Of a stretch of 64,000 bases of DNA, positions 10,090-19,469 are shown one piece after another; the first letter of the stretch is position 1, and each line of letters begins with the position of its first letter. The stretch comes from Candidatus Fermentithermobacillaceae bacterium. Lineage in GTDB: Bacteria > Bacillota > Sulfobacillia > Fermentithermobacillales > DUSS01. The stretch spans positions 2,863-66,862 of the forward strand of contig DYEQ01000030.1 of the NCBI GenBank assembly GCA_020725645.1. Reading direction: 5' to 3'. The notes beneath the pieces were generated by a model that was not told the DNA's origin, did no database searches, and was given only the letters and a program-made list of their open reading frames with translations. The position numbers were made by a program, and so were the translations under genes.

Positions 10090-11280
10090 ATGGCGATCGC
10101 CGCGGTGAAGCGTCAGGAAGCGCCCGCAGGGTCCGTTAAGCTTGATGTGGGCTTCGCGGTGCTGGCGAAGTACGGAGAAGACCTACCCGGCGATTCGGTG
10201 GAGGTAGTCAGGGAAGGTTCTTCGCTCATAGTCGCGCTATCGGACGGTCTGGGAAGCGGCGTCAAAGCTAACATCTTGTCGGGCCTCACAGCTAAGCTGT
10301 CGGTCGGAATGCTCAAGTACAAGTGCGATCTCGACGAAGTCGTCGACTGCCTGGCGAGGACCCTTCCTGTATGCGAGGTCAGGAAGATCGCTTATTCCAC
10401 CTTCAGTGTGCTGCAGGCGTCCGAGTCGGGAGAGGCGTATCTCGCCGAGTACGACAATCCTCCCGCCTTCTTCGGAAAGGGTCGAGAGCTCCTTCCCCTC
10501 GATAGATCCAGGCGCACGGTGAGCGGCCGCGCAATAAGCGAGGCCAGGTTCAATCTGGAACCGGACTCGTGGGTGGTCCTGGTGACCGACGGAGTCATCC
10601 ATGCAGGCCTCGGGAACGTGTGGAACCTGGGATGGTCCTGGGAACGAGTCGGACAGTATGTATCCAGGACGGTCCCGGCGTTCGTCACAGCTCAGGAAGC
10701 TGCCGACGACCTGGCCGAAGTTACGCGCCGGCTCTATCAAGGCAAGCCCGGGGACGACGCGGCGGTCGTCGTCATCAAATCCAGGCAGCCCCGGTTTGTA
10801 ACGATGATGGTAGGTCTTCCGAAGAAGAGGGAAAACGACGCACAGGTTGTGCGTTACCTGATGGAGTCTCCGGGCAAAAAGGTGGTGTGCGGTGGATCAA
10901 CCAGCCAGGTAGTGGCAAGAGAACTCGGACGCGAACTTACGGTGAACCTCGCTTCGATGAAGAAAGGAGTGCCTCCTACCGGATTCATCGATGGTATCGA
11001 TCTGGTAGCAGAAGGCACTCTCACCCTGGAAAAGACCCTGTCGTACCTCAAGCAGGGGCTCCCGCGCAGCGAATTCGTGTACCAGGCGGACGGGGCTTCC
11101 CGGCTTACGAGCATACTGCTGGAATCAGACGACATCCTCATCCTGCTCGGTTCAGCGATCAATCCGGCACACCAGAGTCCGGATCTGCCCGTCACCCTTC
11201 AGCTCAAGCCGAAAATGATCGAGGACCTCAGCAAGATCCTCGAATCTATGGGGAAAAAAGTTACCATCGTGCGCGTATAA
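10090..11280 (+). CDS. PP2C/SpoIIE-family serine phosphatase (HfsC-like partner of the sensory hydrogenase).
   Basis: DGLGSG matches the PP2C metal-binding Asp-Gly motif, and the protein is co-directional and adjacent to hydS. AAAGGAG lies upstream of the ATG. Confidence 0.7.
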   Translation: MAIAAVKRQEAPAGSVKLDVGFAVLAKYGEDLPGDSVEVVREGSSLIVALSDGLGSGVKANILSGLTAKLSVGMLKYKCDLDEVVDCLARTLPVCEVRKIAYSTFSVLQASESGEAYLAEYDNPPAFFGKGRELLPLDRSRRTVSGRAISEARFNLEPDSWVVLVTDGVIHAGLGNVWNLGWSWERVGQYVSRTVPAFVTAQEAADDLAEVTRRLYQGKPGDDAAVVVIKSRQPRFVTMMVGLPKKRENDAQVVRYLMESPGKKVVCGGSTSQVVARELGRELTVNLASMKKGVPPTGFIDGIDLVAEGTLTLEKTLSYLKQGLPRSEFVYQADGASRLTSILLESDDILILLGSAINPAHQSPDLPVTLQLKPKMIEDLSKILESMGKKVTIVRV

Positions 11281-11363
11281 ACACGCATGGCGTCGCAGCT
11301 TCCAGATTCCCCGACCGTTTCGAGACACAGGTTCTCGTCCTTAGTGCAGCATCCGGAAGAGTT

Positions 11364-11401
11364 GCGGTGCAGGCAGACTTTAAAATCTGCTCCTGCACCG
11401 C
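11364..11401. terminator. Bidirectional hairpin between the convergent PP2C gene and hydA.
   Basis: A 10-bp perfect stem (GCGGTGCAGG paired with CCTGCACCGC) with an AT-rich loop, in the 135-nt gap between convergent stop codons. Confidence 0.45.
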
Positions 11402-11415
11402 AAGAGCTCCGCAAA

Positions 11416-13218
11416 TTATGTCGCGGCCGCAGCCATAACCCTCCTCGATCTGGCTTGTATGCCCCATAACCTGTGATCGGTATGGAGGAGTTTCTCAGAA
11501 AGCTCTCCCCCGGGAGTTTTGAGGAACTTGTCGTAGAGCTCGATCACAGCCGGGTTCTCGTGGGCAAACCTGACGGGCGCTTTGTCATCGATGCCGTAAA
11601 GGGTTTGGGCCCTGGCTCCGGCCTCGGGGTTGTACTCGAATCCCTGCGCATACGGCTGGCCGCCCCCGCCGGCGCATCCTCCGGGGCACGCCATCACTTC
11701 CACGAAGTCATAGGCGACCCTCTTCGCCTTGATGTCTTCCAAGAGCATCCTGGCGTTCCCCAGACCGTGCACGACGGCAACTGTCAGAGTCTTTCCTGCG
11801 ACATCAAACTCTGCTTCTCTCCTGCCTCCTGTGCCGCGCACGACTCTGAATGCGTCCACAGGGGGATTCTTCCCGGTGGCCAGGTAATAGGCCGTTCTAA
11901 GGGCGGCCTCCATCACACCGCCCGTGCTTCCGAAGATGACCCCGGCCCCCGATGCCAGCCCCAGCGGCGAGTCGAAATCCACCTCCGGAAGATTCTCCAC
12001 TCTGACTCCCTCTTCCATGATAAGCGAGGATATTTCCCTCGTTGTGAGCGTCACGTCCACGTCTCGAAAGCCGCTGGAGCTCATGACATCGAGCGATGCT
12101 TCGTATTTTTTAGCTGTACACGGCATCAGCGAAAGAACCCTTATATCTCCGGCGCCGACCCCGAAACTCTGCGCCCAGTAGGTCTTGGCCAAGGCGCCGA
12201 ACATCTGTTGAGGGGATTTGGCACTGGAAAGACAGGGGAGGAATTCGGGGTATTCCGCTCCGAGAAACCTGACCCAGGCCGGGCAACAGGACGTAAACAT
12301 CGGCATTCGGCGGGCGTTCGGACCGCCGTGTGACCGCTGGCCTTCCACCAGACCCGCTCTGCGGAGGAGCTCCGCCGCTTCCTCTATCACGGTAACATCG
12401 GCAGCAAAACAGGTATCGAACACGAGATCGAAACCTATGTGCTTCAAGGCGGCCACGAGCCTTCCCGGGGTGGCCACGCTCCGGGGAAGGCCGAGAGCTT
12501 CGCCCCAGGACGCTCTCACGGCGGGTGCTACCTGGGTCACAATCCGCTTTCCCTGTTTTCTCGAGTTCAAAAGTTCCCAGGCAACATCCCGGTCGTCCTT
12601 CTCCGAAAGGGCGCCCACCGGGCAACTTACGACGCACTGTCCGCAATAAGTACAAGCGGTGTGAGCTAAAGGCGCGCCTCCCTCGGGAACAACTTGGGTA
12701 TGGCCCCCCGCCCCTGCAATCGTCCAGATGCCCATGGACTGAACCCGATCGCACACGCTTACGCAGCGATAGCACAGAATGCACTTGCGCGGGTCCTTGA
12801 CCAGCGAAGGACTTGACGTGTCCGGTTCTCCTTGCGGAGCCGAAGAGTGATACTTCTGAGTCCTGACTCCGAGTTTTTCAGCCAGGCTTTGAAGGTCGCA
12901 TTTGCCGTTCTGCGGGCAGGTGGGACAGTTACAGTCGTGCTCGGAAAGGAGGAGCTCCACCACAGTTCGCCTGGCTTCCCTCACCCTCGGACTGGCCGTG
13001 AGCACGGACATGCCATCCCGAACCGTGATATTGCAGGATGTCACGAGTTTTTCGACACCCTCTATTTCCACTACACATACTCTGCAGGCACCCACGTCGT
13101 TGATGCCTTTCAGATGACACAGCGTGGGTATGCGAAACCCTGCTTTTGTCGCCGCCTCCAGGATAGTGCATTCGGGCGATGCCGTTACTTCTTTCCCATC
13201 GATGGTTATCTTGACCAC
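11416..13218 (-). CDS. hydA: Catalytic [FeFe] hydrogenase large subunit (HydA/HndD-like), with an N-terminal 2Fe-2S and ferredoxin domains.
   Basis: All three H-cluster motifs are intact: TSCCPAW, MPCTAKKYE and EVMACPGGC. There is an N-terminal 2Fe-2S plant-type domain and two 4Fe-4S motifs. The start is GTG at 13218 after GGGAGGTG (an alternative GTG is at 13227); the ORF-track ATG at 13275 would overlap the upstream gene by 70 nt. Confidence 0.9.
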   Translation of the reverse strand: MVKITIDGKEVTASPECTILEAATKAGFRIPTLCHLKGINDVGACRVCVVEIEGVEKLVTSCNITVRDGMSVLTASPRVREARRTVVELLLSEHDCNCPTCPQNGKCDLQSLAEKLGVRTQKYHSSAPQGEPDTSSPSLVKDPRKCILCYRCVSVCDRVQSMGIWTIAGAGGHTQVVPEGGAPLAHTACTYCGQCVVSCPVGALSEKDDRDVAWELLNSRKQGKRIVTQVAPAVRASWGEALGLPRSVATPGRLVAALKHIGFDLVFDTCFAADVTVIEEAAELLRRAGLVEGQRSHGGPNARRMPMFTSCCPAWVRFLGAEYPEFLPCLSSAKSPQQMFGALAKTYWAQSFGVGAGDIRVLSLMPCTAKKYEASLDVMSSSGFRDVDVTLTTREISSLIMEEGVRVENLPEVDFDSPLGLASGAGVIFGSTGGVMEAALRTAYYLATGKNPPVDAFRVVRGTGGRREAEFDVAGKTLTVAVVHGLGNARMLLEDIKAKRVAYDFVEVMACPGGCAGGGGQPYAQGFEYNPEAGARAQTLYGIDDKAPVRFAHENPAVIELYDKFLKTPGGELSEKLLHTDHRLWGIQARSRRVMAAAAT

Positions 13219-15074
13219 GCGTACCACCTCCCGCTCCTCAAAGGAGCACAGCCGTAGTGATCGCACCTGAGACATCTGTGCGCTTCTCTAAGAGCTTCCT
13301 CGGCGGACATACCTTTCTCCACCATCCTGAAGTCTCTCACTCTGACAAGCGGCGACCGCTCTTTCAGCTCAACGCGTCCTGAGGGCATCATGTCGGAAGG
13401 CCTTGCAGGCGGAATGGGATGTCGAGCGGTCTCCACCGGTTCCCCTCCGAGGTACACGTGGATATTCAGTGCAGCTGTCTTGCCGTGGCCGATGGCCTTT
13501 ACAGCCGTAGATGGGCCGCTAACACAGTCGCCTCCCGCGAAAACCCCAGGCACACCGGGGACGCTGAGATCTTCTCCGGCGACCACAAGGTCCTTATTCG
13601 TGGGGATCCCTTCCTCTTTGAACCGCGCGGATTCGGATGACTGACCGATGGCTACTATTATTACGTCGCACTCGACGGTCTCGTCGGGTCTTCCCGATGG
13701 AACCGGCTTGGGCCTACCCGAATCATCGATGGGACCCGCTACCATAGGTCTTATGATTAAACCGGTGACCGCGCCTCTTTCGTTCCGGGTGACCCGCACA
13801 GGCGAGGCGAGGTCAATCAGGTCCACCCCTTCCTCGAGGGCACCGGTGACCTCTTTAGGATCGGCGGGCATATCTTCTCTCCTCCGCCTGTACACGAGCT
13901 TCACCTCGCGAGCACCCAGACGAACCGCCGTCCTCGCCGCATCCATAGCGACGTTTCCGCCGCCCACCACAGCAACGATCTTGCCCCGAAGCACCGGAAG
14001 CGGGCCCGAGATAACCTGACGGAGGAACGAAACGGCGGAAACCACATCAGGACCCTCTTCCCCTTCGATTCCGAGTTTTCGGTCTTCATGGCAGCCAATC
14101 GCGAGGAAAACCGCATCGTATTCCCGCCGCAAACCTTCGATGGAGGCATCCTTCCCTATCTCAAACGAGGTCTTTGCCGGGATTCCCAGACTCAGTATCC
14201 TTTCGATTTCCTTATCCAAAAGCGCCTTGGGCAGGCGATATTCGGGAATTCCGTATCGAAGCATCCCGCCAAGCTTAGGATACTTCTCGAATATGGTCAC
14301 GTCGTGCCCCCAAAGAGCCAGGTAATATGCACAGGTAAGACCGGCCGGGCCGCCTCCCACGACAGCTACTTTCTTTCCCGTGGGCGGTAGCGGTTCGGGC
14401 AGAGGCACGTCACCCGAAGACTCTACCGCATAGCGCTTCAGTCCTCTGATGTTGACGGCATCGTCGAGCATGCGCCTCCTGCAGTGAGCTTCACAAGGAT
14501 GATCGCAGATGAGGGCGCAAACAGTGGGAAGCGGATTAGCTTCTCTTATGAGCGCCACCGCTTCTTTGGGTTTCCCTTCGCGGATCAGGGCTATGTACCC
14601 CGGTACGTTCACCCCGGCAGGGCAAGCTGACTGGCACGGGATGGGACCCGCGAAGATCCCGACGCACCTGGATTCCAGAGCATGGGATTGAAAATCATTC
14701 AGGAACTCGTCAAGGTTCCTGAGGACCATTGAACCAGCATGCACACCAAGGACGCAGTCGGACGTATCCCGGACGGTTCTGGCCGTCGCCTCCAGCGTGG
14801 ATAGAAGAGATGGATCACCCCGTCCGTCGATCAGGTCCGAGATGATGTCGGCCATCTTTCCCAGACCGATACGACAGGGCACGCACTTGCCGCAGCTCTG
14901 AGCATGACACAACCGCAGGAATACCATGGTCATCTCTACCGGACAGATCCCCGCAGGTGCCAGGGCGATCCGGTGCTGCATGCTGGTGGTCATCTCAGCT
15001 ATGACCGACTCCATCCTATCGGGAGACGGCGCACGTACGTAGCTCAAGCGGTCACAACTCCTCTCCGTATGCAT
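13206..15074 (-). CDS. NuoF C-terminal [4Fe-4S] domain fused to a GltD-like FAD/NAD(P)H oxidoreductase. This is the putative diaphorase partner of HydA.
   Basis: SCGKCVPCRIG is a NuoF-type cluster motif. The Rossmann GGGPAGLTCAYYL plus MLRYGIPEYRLPK are GltD/SudA-like, and a second nucleotide fold is VVGGGNVAMD. The gene overlaps hydA by about 13 nt. The true start may be the internal Met, MESVIAEM, at about 15014. Confidence 0.8.
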   Translation of the reverse strand: MHTERSCDRLSYVRAPSPDRMESVIAEMTTSMQHRIALAPAGICPVEMTMVFLRLCHAQSCGKCVPCRIGLGKMADIISDLIDGRGDPSLLSTLEATARTVRDTSDCVLGVHAGSMVLRNLDEFLNDFQSHALESRCVGIFAGPIPCQSACPAGVNVPGYIALIREGKPKEAVALIREANPLPTVCALICDHPCEAHCRRRMLDDAVNIRGLKRYAVESSGDVPLPEPLPPTGKKVAVVGGGPAGLTCAYYLALWGHDVTIFEKYPKLGGMLRYGIPEYRLPKALLDKEIERILSLGIPAKTSFEIGKDASIEGLRREYDAVFLAIGCHEDRKLGIEGEEGPDVVSAVSFLRQVISGPLPVLRGKIVAVVGGGNVAMDAARTAVRLGAREVKLVYRRRREDMPADPKEVTGALEEGVDLIDLASPVRVTRNERGAVTGLIIRPMVAGPIDDSGRPKPVPSGRPDETVECDVIIVAIGQSSESARFKEEGIPTNKDLVVAGEDLSVPGVPGVFAGGDCVSGPSTAVKAIGHGKTAALNIHVYLGGEPVETARHPIPPARPSDMMPSGRVELKERSPLVRVRDFRMVEKGMSAEEALREAHRCLRCDHYGCAPLRSGRWYAWSR

Positions 15075-15361
15075 CCTCGCATATTCGTGAATGTGGGTAC
15101 TATCCCAACACCATTATATGCAAACATCCATGAGGGTGCAAGGGGTTGTTCTGGTTCATGTCGTGCGATACGCTCGCCTATGCCGCGTGTTTCCAAGACA
15201 GACCAATCTGGAAAGGTGTTGTCTAGAGGTCAACAGTTTTTGAAAGTGTCTCTTCCGGCGACCTCAAATCTCCCAGGTCTTCCACGCCCTCGAGCAGCGG
15301 CTTTCCGTCTACCTGTTTCACATGTATCTGAACTCGGTTAGGGGTCTCTAGCTCCTCCCGA

Positions 15362-16879
15362 TCACCAGAAGCCACCTAAGAGCGTTTCCACTATGAGAGC
15401 AACATTCAGAAGCACTATTAATCCCGCCACCACCCAACCGGTGAAGGCAGTACGCGCGTCGTTTACGAACTGTCCCATGACGTCCCGCCTCCCGGTTATG
15501 AGGAGAAGCGGGATTATCGCTGCAGGCAAGGCGAAGCTGAGAGATACCTGGCTTAGGACCAGCACCTCAACGGGGTCCCACCCGATCAGGATGATGGCGA
15601 CAGCGGGAACCACCGTCGCCAGGCGTGCTATCCACGGACGAATTCTCACGCCAACGAAACCGTTGACGATGATTTCGCCTGCATGAATGCCTACGGTTGT
15701 CGAAGACAGCCCGGAGCAAAGAAGGGCGAGGGCAAATGCTGAACTCGAAAGATTGCCCAGAAGAGGAGCTAGAGTTTTGTGGGCCTCCTCGATGGTTTCG
15801 ACGGCGACGCCGAGAGCGTAAAACGTTGCAGAGGACATCACCACCATAGCTGAGTTGATGACGAAAGCTGCGTTCATAGCCGCAAGCACATCCACCTTCT
15901 CGAGAAACAGGTGTTCCTTCATAGCTTCGCGGTCGGGCTTTCGCCGGACCAGGACAAGGTGCGAATGCAGGTAGATCACATGAGGCATAACCGTTGCGCC
16001 CAGCATCCCGGCGGCTACATATAGACTTTCGGCTGGCAGGGATGGGACGAGAGTCCCACAGCCGACGGCGCTCCAGTCGGGCTTTACGAGAAAGAGCTCA
16101 ATGACGTAGCATATACCGATTACGCTTACCAACCCGGCGATGACCATTTCCGATAACCTCTGGCCCCGATCGCCCAGGGCCAGAATAGCTGAACTTATGC
16201 AGCAGGTGATAGCCGCTCCGAAGGGTAGAGGTACTCCGAAGAGCAGATAAAACCCGAGAGCACCTCCCACCACTTCGGCAAGATTGGTTGCCACGGCTGC
16301 CGCCACGCCTATGCACCAGAGGAGCCGGTTTACTCCCGGTTTGAAAAGCCTGGCGCACTGCTCGGGAAGGGTGAGCCCGGTGGCGATGCCGAGCTTGGCT
16401 GAGAGGGTTTGGAACAGAATGGCGAACATGTTGCTCCAAAGGAGAACCCAGAGAAGTGAGTAGCCGAACTCCGAGCCGGCTGTTATGTTGGTGGCGAAAT
16501 TCCCGGGGTCCATGTATGCCACGCTTACGACGAATGCCGGCCCGAGGTATTTCAGGACCTTCCGGATGACGGTAGTAAAAGAGCCTGACCCAGGTCGCGC
16601 CTCGGTCCCTTCTATGTAGTGTCGTGAGAGGTCCGTTGCACGGCCGGTACTTTTCCAGACTGTGGTCGAGCGAACCACCTGCGCGGCGACTGCGTCGGTC
16701 GTCTCGCTGTTTGCCCAGTGAGACGTCAGGGCGACCGCGTTGGAGGTAGTTTCAGAGCTTGCCGTAGAGACCGCCGTGCAAGCTGACGCCGGAGCTACTG
16801 CTCTCGAGGTGCCAAACGTATCCATCTGGTCCAATGCCGCTTCCTCCGTCAAACACCCGATCTTGCCGCATGTCACCAA
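15362..16879 (-). CDS. mntH: NRAMP-family divalent metal (Mn2+) transporter.
   Basis: The protein has VAYMDPGNFATNITAG and 11-12 TM segments. The N-terminal roughly 70 aa are low-complexity S/T/A-rich, and the first in-frame ATG is at 16825, so the true start is uncertain. Confidence 0.85.
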   Translation of the reverse strand: MVTCGKIGCLTEEAALDQMDTFGTSRAVAPASACTAVSTASSETTSNAVALTSHWANSETTDAVAAQVVRSTTVWKSTGRATDLSRHYIEGTEARPGSGSFTTVIRKVLKYLGPAFVVSVAYMDPGNFATNITAGSEFGYSLLWVLLWSNMFAILFQTLSAKLGIATGLTLPEQCARLFKPGVNRLLWCIGVAAAVATNLAEVVGGALGFYLLFGVPLPFGAAITCCISSAILALGDRGQRLSEMVIAGLVSVIGICYVIELFLVKPDWSAVGCGTLVPSLPAESLYVAAGMLGATVMPHVIYLHSHLVLVRRKPDREAMKEHLFLEKVDVLAAMNAAFVINSAMVVMSSATFYALGVAVETIEEAHKTLAPLLGNLSSSAFALALLCSGLSSTTVGIHAGEIIVNGFVGVRIRPWIARLATVVPAVAIILIGWDPVEVLVLSQVSLSFALPAAIIPLLLITGRRDVMGQFVNDARTAFTGWVVAGLIVLLNVALIVETLLGGFW

Positions 16880-16885
16880 AGACTC

Positions 16886-16899
16886 TTAGCTGCGGCTAA
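16886..16899. promoter_or_regulatory. Candidate DtxR/MntR-type operator palindrome TTAGCTGCGGCTAA upstream of mntH.
   Basis: A 14-nt near-perfect palindrome with TTAG...CTAA half-sites reminiscent of DtxR-family boxes. It lies 8-65 nt upstream of the candidate mntH starts, and mntR is encoded 2 kb away. Confidence 0.3.
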
Positions 16900-17096
16900 A
16901 TCCGGAACAGCACATATTATGAAGGCTATCTTTGCGGGGTGAACGGAGGGAATATAGCCAGCAAGTCTGCCCCTGGCATTAGATTCGCTCCCGAAACAAA
17001 CGAAATCTTCTTCGGGGCCTGCTCAATCGCCGATCCGGTCTGCTTCTCATCGTCAGCTGGCCACAATCGGCGATAGCGGACATTAGTTTCACACTG

Positions 17097-17408
17097 ATGG
17101 ACGATCGCCATAAGAACGGGAGTTGGCTCGCTGCGAGAAATGACGGGGAGACCTGTATCCTGGTGGACGAGGCGCACTATAAGGCGATATACCGCAAAGC
17201 AGGCTGGCTGTCCCCTGTACTGCTGGTTGGCGGACGTGCCGCAGGGATCTGGGAGGCCGAGCGGAGAGGTAGCAGTCTCGCGGTTTCCGTAAGGCCCTTC
17301 GCTCCCGTCCGGCCGGAGGTCGCCTCAGCCATTGAAGGCCAAGCCATGGACCTGGCAGGGTTTTTCGGGTGTAAGTGCGTGTTGGACATCCAGGGCTCCT
17401 TGGGGTAA
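17097..17408 (+). pseudogene. C-terminal fragment of a YcaQ/AlkZ-like winged-helix (HTH_42) protein, a gene remnant.
   Basis: WLSPVLLVGGRAAGIWEAERRGSSLAVSV and ...DLAGFFGCKCVLD resemble the conserved C-terminal block of the YcaQ family. There is no ORF for the roughly 300 N-terminal residues. The surrounding 16.9-17.6 kb has no other convincing gene. Confidence 0.3.
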
Positions 17409-17593
17409 GGAACTTTTTACCACCAGATTACTGTCACTACGTTTCTGTCACCAGAGTTGTCACCTATCGATTGCCCTGAGGAGTTCCCTCATCCTCTCGC
17501 CCGTGACTATAGCTCTCTCTGGGGTAACTCTTGTGGTCAGGCCCGCAAGACTAATGGCGGAAGCAATAGGTTCGTCGAACTCACCAGGTACGG

Positions 17594-18781
17594 TTATGTG
17601 GTGGGCAGATTGAGTGCCTTCACGAGCATCGTCGCAAAGGAACCCGGGGGGAGCACGAATTTCATCCTGAGCTTCATGCGACCGGCGTACAGGTCGTCTT
17701 CGATGAAAGGCCCCCATTGGAAATCGCGAGGAATCACGATGGCACTTCTCAAGAACGACTTAAAGTGGACTTTCCGTATGTCCCTCGGCCCGAACTGGAC
17801 GGGACGAACGCTCCGCTCTTCGAGCACCTGACGGATAGCTTCCTCCACTTCAGGCTCGGTCACAGGCATCTTCCGGGATACCGTTGGTATCTCCAAACCG
17901 GCAAGGTGACGGAAAACTTCCTGGGGGAGCATGCGGTAGAAGCGGTAATCCATGATCTTGCCCTTTACGACAAAAAGGTTGTCTAGGTGGCCGGCATAGG
18001 ATATGAGGATGCGCTCGAGAGTCTTGTTCCAGAGAAAACTCTGGTAAGCTGCGAAGAACATCGAAAGCTCATCCCGGGGAATCAATTCTATGGCCGCGGC
18101 CAGACGGCTTCGGCTTGCTCCTTCCGAAAGCCTGCGGCAGATAGCTCTCTCCACCGCCGTCTTACAAAGCTTCTCGATGCCTTCCCAGTCCCGCGTGGGC
18201 CAGAGGGCGTCGATGGCTCTCCGGCGTCGCTTTTCATCCGCGCTTTGCTCCGGGTGAACCACGGTAAAGTACAGTTTTAGTGCGCCTCTGTAGTGGCCCA
18301 TAATCACCTTCTCGGCAAAGAACTCGTCGGGTTTGGAAACGCTCCCGAAACGCTGATCATCGAAGTAATTGGGGAAGCCCCACCTGGATATTTCGGCGAG
18401 CCGTGCCCGAAGGCTTGAAACATCGGAGGGCTCCACTTTCCTTACGGTAATCTCGAACTCATTGGCCTCAATTGACCGGGCGGATATGAAGTCGTCGGAA
18501 AAGCCCAGGAAAGTGAGGGTGAGATTGGGTTCTGGCGACCGCAAGGCGTATTCTCTGGGGACTGAGATGTGCTGACAGGTGCGGGCATAGCGATCCTTGC
18601 GACCACCGTACCCGATATGAGCAAGTTTGGCGCCGCTCGCCCTGGCGATTACCCTGAGAGCATCCAGCGTGTTCCAGTAACGTTTCTCCAGGAGGTATAT
18701 GCGATACCGTCCCGACGGCGTCAAACGCAGCGTCACCTTTTCCGTGACCACAAAGTCATCTGGAGTAACCTTGATCTTCAT
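17594..18781 (-). CDS. truD: tRNA pseudouridine(13) synthase.
   Basis: MKIKVTPDDFVVTE at the N-terminus and the GGRKDRYA catalytic-Asp motif. Start taken at the internal Met (M37 of the ORF). Confidence 0.8.
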   Translation of the reverse strand: MKIKVTPDDFVVTEKVTLRLTPSGRYRIYLLEKRYWNTLDALRVIARASGAKLAHIGYGGRKDRYARTCQHISVPREYALRSPEPNLTLTFLGFSDDFISARSIEANEFEITVRKVEPSDVSSLRARLAEISRWGFPNYFDDQRFGSVSKPDEFFAEKVIMGHYRGALKLYFTVVHPEQSADEKRRRRAIDALWPTRDWEGIEKLCKTAVERAICRRLSEGASRSRLAAAIELIPRDELSMFFAAYQSFLWNKTLERILISYAGHLDNLFVVKGKIMDYRFYRMLPQEVFRHLAGLEIPTVSRKMPVTEPEVEEAIRQVLEERSVRPVQFGPRDIRKVHFKSFLRSAIVIPRDFQWGPFIEDDLYAGRMKLRMKFVLPPGSFATMLVKALNLPTT

Positions 18782-18857
18782 TCCCTTGATCGGTCCTCCA
18801 AGTCGGTCTTCAAAGCAAACTTGAATCTCTTTCGACTGCTCGCGACGCCTGGCGCAT

Positions 18858-19250
18858 TTACCTTCCCCGGAGGTACCCATGCCACGCACCGGCGAATTCC
18901 GGGTGTTCGCGAACGAAGTCCATCAGCTTCTTTATTCCCGATATCGCCTCTTCGCTCAAGTTGTGTTCCACTTTCTCGGTATCCTCGAGGGGGTCGGCCA
19001 CCCCGAGAAAAGAGAAAAACTCGATGAGCACGTCATGCCGTTCGATAAGATCCCGGCCCCGCCTAACCCCCATTGCCGTAAGTCGGATCATACCGTATTT
19101 CTCGTACTGGAGAAATCCGTCTTCCGCAAGCTTCTGAACCATCCGAGATGCCGAAGGCGGCTGAACGTGTAAAGCTCCGGCAAGTTCCAATACGCGAGTG
19201 TAACCGCTCTTCTGACACAGCCGGTAGAGCATTTCCAGGTAGTCTTCCAT
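18858..19250 (-). CDS. mntR: DtxR-family Mn-dependent transcriptional regulator.
   Basis: SMEDYLEMLYRLCQ matches the MntR N-terminus (MTTPSMEDYIEQIY in B. subtilis). The HTH and metal-binding domain are present. The true start is near Met-28 of the ORF. Confidence 0.8.
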   Translation of the reverse strand: MEDYLEMLYRLCQKSGYTRVLELAGALHVQPPSASRMVQKLAEDGFLQYEKYGMIRLTAMGVRRGRDLIERHDVLIEFFSFLGVADPLEDTEKVEHNLSEEAISGIKKLMDFVREHPEFAGAWHGYLRGR

Positions 19251-19469
19251 ACTGGGCGAAAGAGCATCAGCTCGCCTTGAGTCTTTGAGCGAATATCCGC
19301 GAAATGTATAGAACCCTCCTCCTTCCGCCATATGCTGCCACCTCCCTCCTTTGGCAGAAACGCTCCGCGCACGATCCGGAGTCCTCGCGGTTAAGACGGC
19401 CCGGCACGTCGTTGGCGTTGCGAGGTCTCCGGCCCCCTATGCACCGAGCTGTCCTGGCCTTGAGGTTTG

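Noticed and set aside
11473-12333. The plus-strand 286-aa ORF (and others) inside hydA.
   Set aside because: It is antisense to hydA, whose H-cluster motifs are unambiguous.
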